From the NCBI GenBank assembly GCA_009777625.1, contig WRLL01000002.1, positions 563 through 64,562 of the forward strand: 64,000 nt of DNA, given 5' to 3'. The stretch is from Candidatus Saccharimonadota bacterium. Its GTDB lineage: Bacteria; Patescibacteriota; Saccharimonadia; Saccharimonadales; Saccharimonadaceae. The notes beneath the pieces were generated by a model, which ran no database searches, was not told the origin of the DNA, and worked only from the letters and a program-made list of their open reading frames with translations. A program made the translations under genes and the position numbers. Positions 62,988-64,000 of this stretch are shown one piece after another (positions within the stretch are counted from its first letter, which is position 1; each line of letters opens with the position of its first letter).

Positions 62988-64000
62988 ATGGAAAGTAAAA
63001 ATGTCAAGGAAAATTCGCCGACTTTTGATGATGGCGAAGAGGAATCGGTCGAAAGGGGTTCTGCTATAGGTGATAGCGCCCAGGGCATTTGTTTCGACAA
63101 CGACAAATTTCTAGAACTACAAAGCGCCAAAATCGACGAACGGATTAAAATGTTCGGGGAAAAACTATATTTGGAATTCGGCGGCAAGATTCTCGATGAT
63201 ACGCCAGCATCCAGGGTCTTTCCGGGTTATCGGCCGGGCATCAAAGTCGAAATGCTACAAAAGTTAAAAGATAAAACAGAGATTATTTTCTGTATCAACG
63301 CTGATCATATCGAAAGAAGAAAAATGCGGGCTGATAACAACACCAGTTACGAGGCTGAGCTGCTGCGATTAGTCGAAAAATTCGCGGCCCTAGGCATACC
63401 GACAACGGCGGTTGTTATAACGCTTTACACTGGCCAAGTGGCGGCTAAGAAGTTCAAGAATCAGCTGGAACACCGCCGTCTAAAAGTTTATATTCATACT
63501 TTAACCAAAGGTTATCCGACTGATGTTGACACCATTGTTAGTGAAGAGGGCTATGGCGCACAAGCCTTTATCGAGACAACCAAACCACTGGTTGTGGTGG
63601 CGGCGCCGGGGCCAAATAGCGGGAAATTGGCGACTTGTTTGTCGCAGCTATATCATGAGCGCCAACGTGGTGTGCAGGCTGGTTACGCCAAGTTCGAAAC
63701 TTTTCCGGTTTGGGACTTGCCGCTGAAACACCCGGCGAATATGGCTTACGAATCGATGACGGCCGATCTCGATGATGTCAACATGATCGATGATTTCCAT
63801 CTGGAGAGGTACGGTGAAATGGCAGTCAATTACAATCGTGATTTGGTGGTCTTTCCGGTATTGAAAAATATTTTACATCGAATTATCGGGCGAGATGTTT
63901 ACTTTTCGCCGACCGATATGGGCGTCAATATGATTGGCCAGTGTATCACAAACGACGAATGCGTACGCCGTGCGGCTAAGGCTGAAATCATCCGGCGTTA
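62988..64000 (+). CDS. DUF1846 (UPF0371)-family protein, 3'-truncated by the window end
   Basis: Not in the ORF track because it is open at the window end. AGAGGAGAG SD before ATG 62988. The translation FDNDKFLELQSAKIDERIKMFGEKLYLEFGGKILDD...VVAAPGPNSGKLATCLSQLYHE matches my recollection of this family. Confidence 0.75.
   Translation, partial: MESKNVKENSPTFDDGEEESVERGSAIGDSAQGICFDNDKFLELQSAKIDERIKMFGEKLYLEFGGKILDDTPASRVFPGYRPGIKVEMLQKLKDKTEIIFCINADHIERRKMRADNNTSYEAELLRLVEKFAALGIPTTAVVITLYTGQVAAKKFKNQLEHRRLKVYIHTLTKGYPTDVDTIVSEEGYGAQAFIETTKPLVVVAAPGPNSGKLATCLSQLYHERQRGVQAGYAKFETFPVWDLPLKHPANMAYESMTADLDDVNMIDDFHLERYGEMAVNYNRDLVVFPVLKNILHRIIGRDVYFSPTDMGVNMIGQCITNDECVRRAAKAEIIRR

Overview
This 64-kb chromosomal window spans the replication origin of a small-genome, monoderm-type bacterium. 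Gene content suggests Candidate Phyla Radiation/Patescibacteria, probably Saccharibacteria-like; this is an inference with no database check. The standard genetic code fits: TGA, TAA and TAG all terminate full-length conserved genes. The core layout is rpmH-rnpA-yidC-jag on the minus strand facing dnaA-oriC-dnaN-recF on the plus strand, with a dense DnaA-box cluster between dnaA and dnaN. Housekeeping content includes a dTDP-rhamnose/glycosyltransferase cluster, two ABC exporters, groES-groEL with a CIRCE operator, valS, tsaD, mtnN, a FemAB-type transferase, a murE-like ligase, pgm, a PBP5-type carboxypeptidase, trehalase, Hsp20, comF, all four tRNA-Ser isoacceptors and tRNA-Pro. The most interesting content is a dispersed, non-canonical type IV secretion (T4SS)-like apparatus in three loci. 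(1) 14300-18073 holds a PrgI/VirB3-like gene that seems to start at ATA, plus a VirB4 ATPase split into two genes by one in-frame TAA. (2) 24338-32209 is a five-gene operon with a Cys-rich VirB6/TrbL-like polytopic protein, a 1108-aa membrane protein ending in an M15 (VanY-type) peptidoglycan peptidase, and three small exported proteins. (3) 52820-55730 holds seven tandem paralogs of a VirB2/TrbC-like pilin. Loci 2 and 3 share a nearly identical leaderless promoter module. No VirD4, relaxase, integrase or transposase is present in the window. Other signals are a family of double-hairpin MITE/REP-like repeats, G9 and C9 homopolymer tracts placed like phase-variation switches, many leaderless extended -10 promoters, a ~190-bp imperfect palindrome and a tRNA-like structure ahead of tRNA-Pro.
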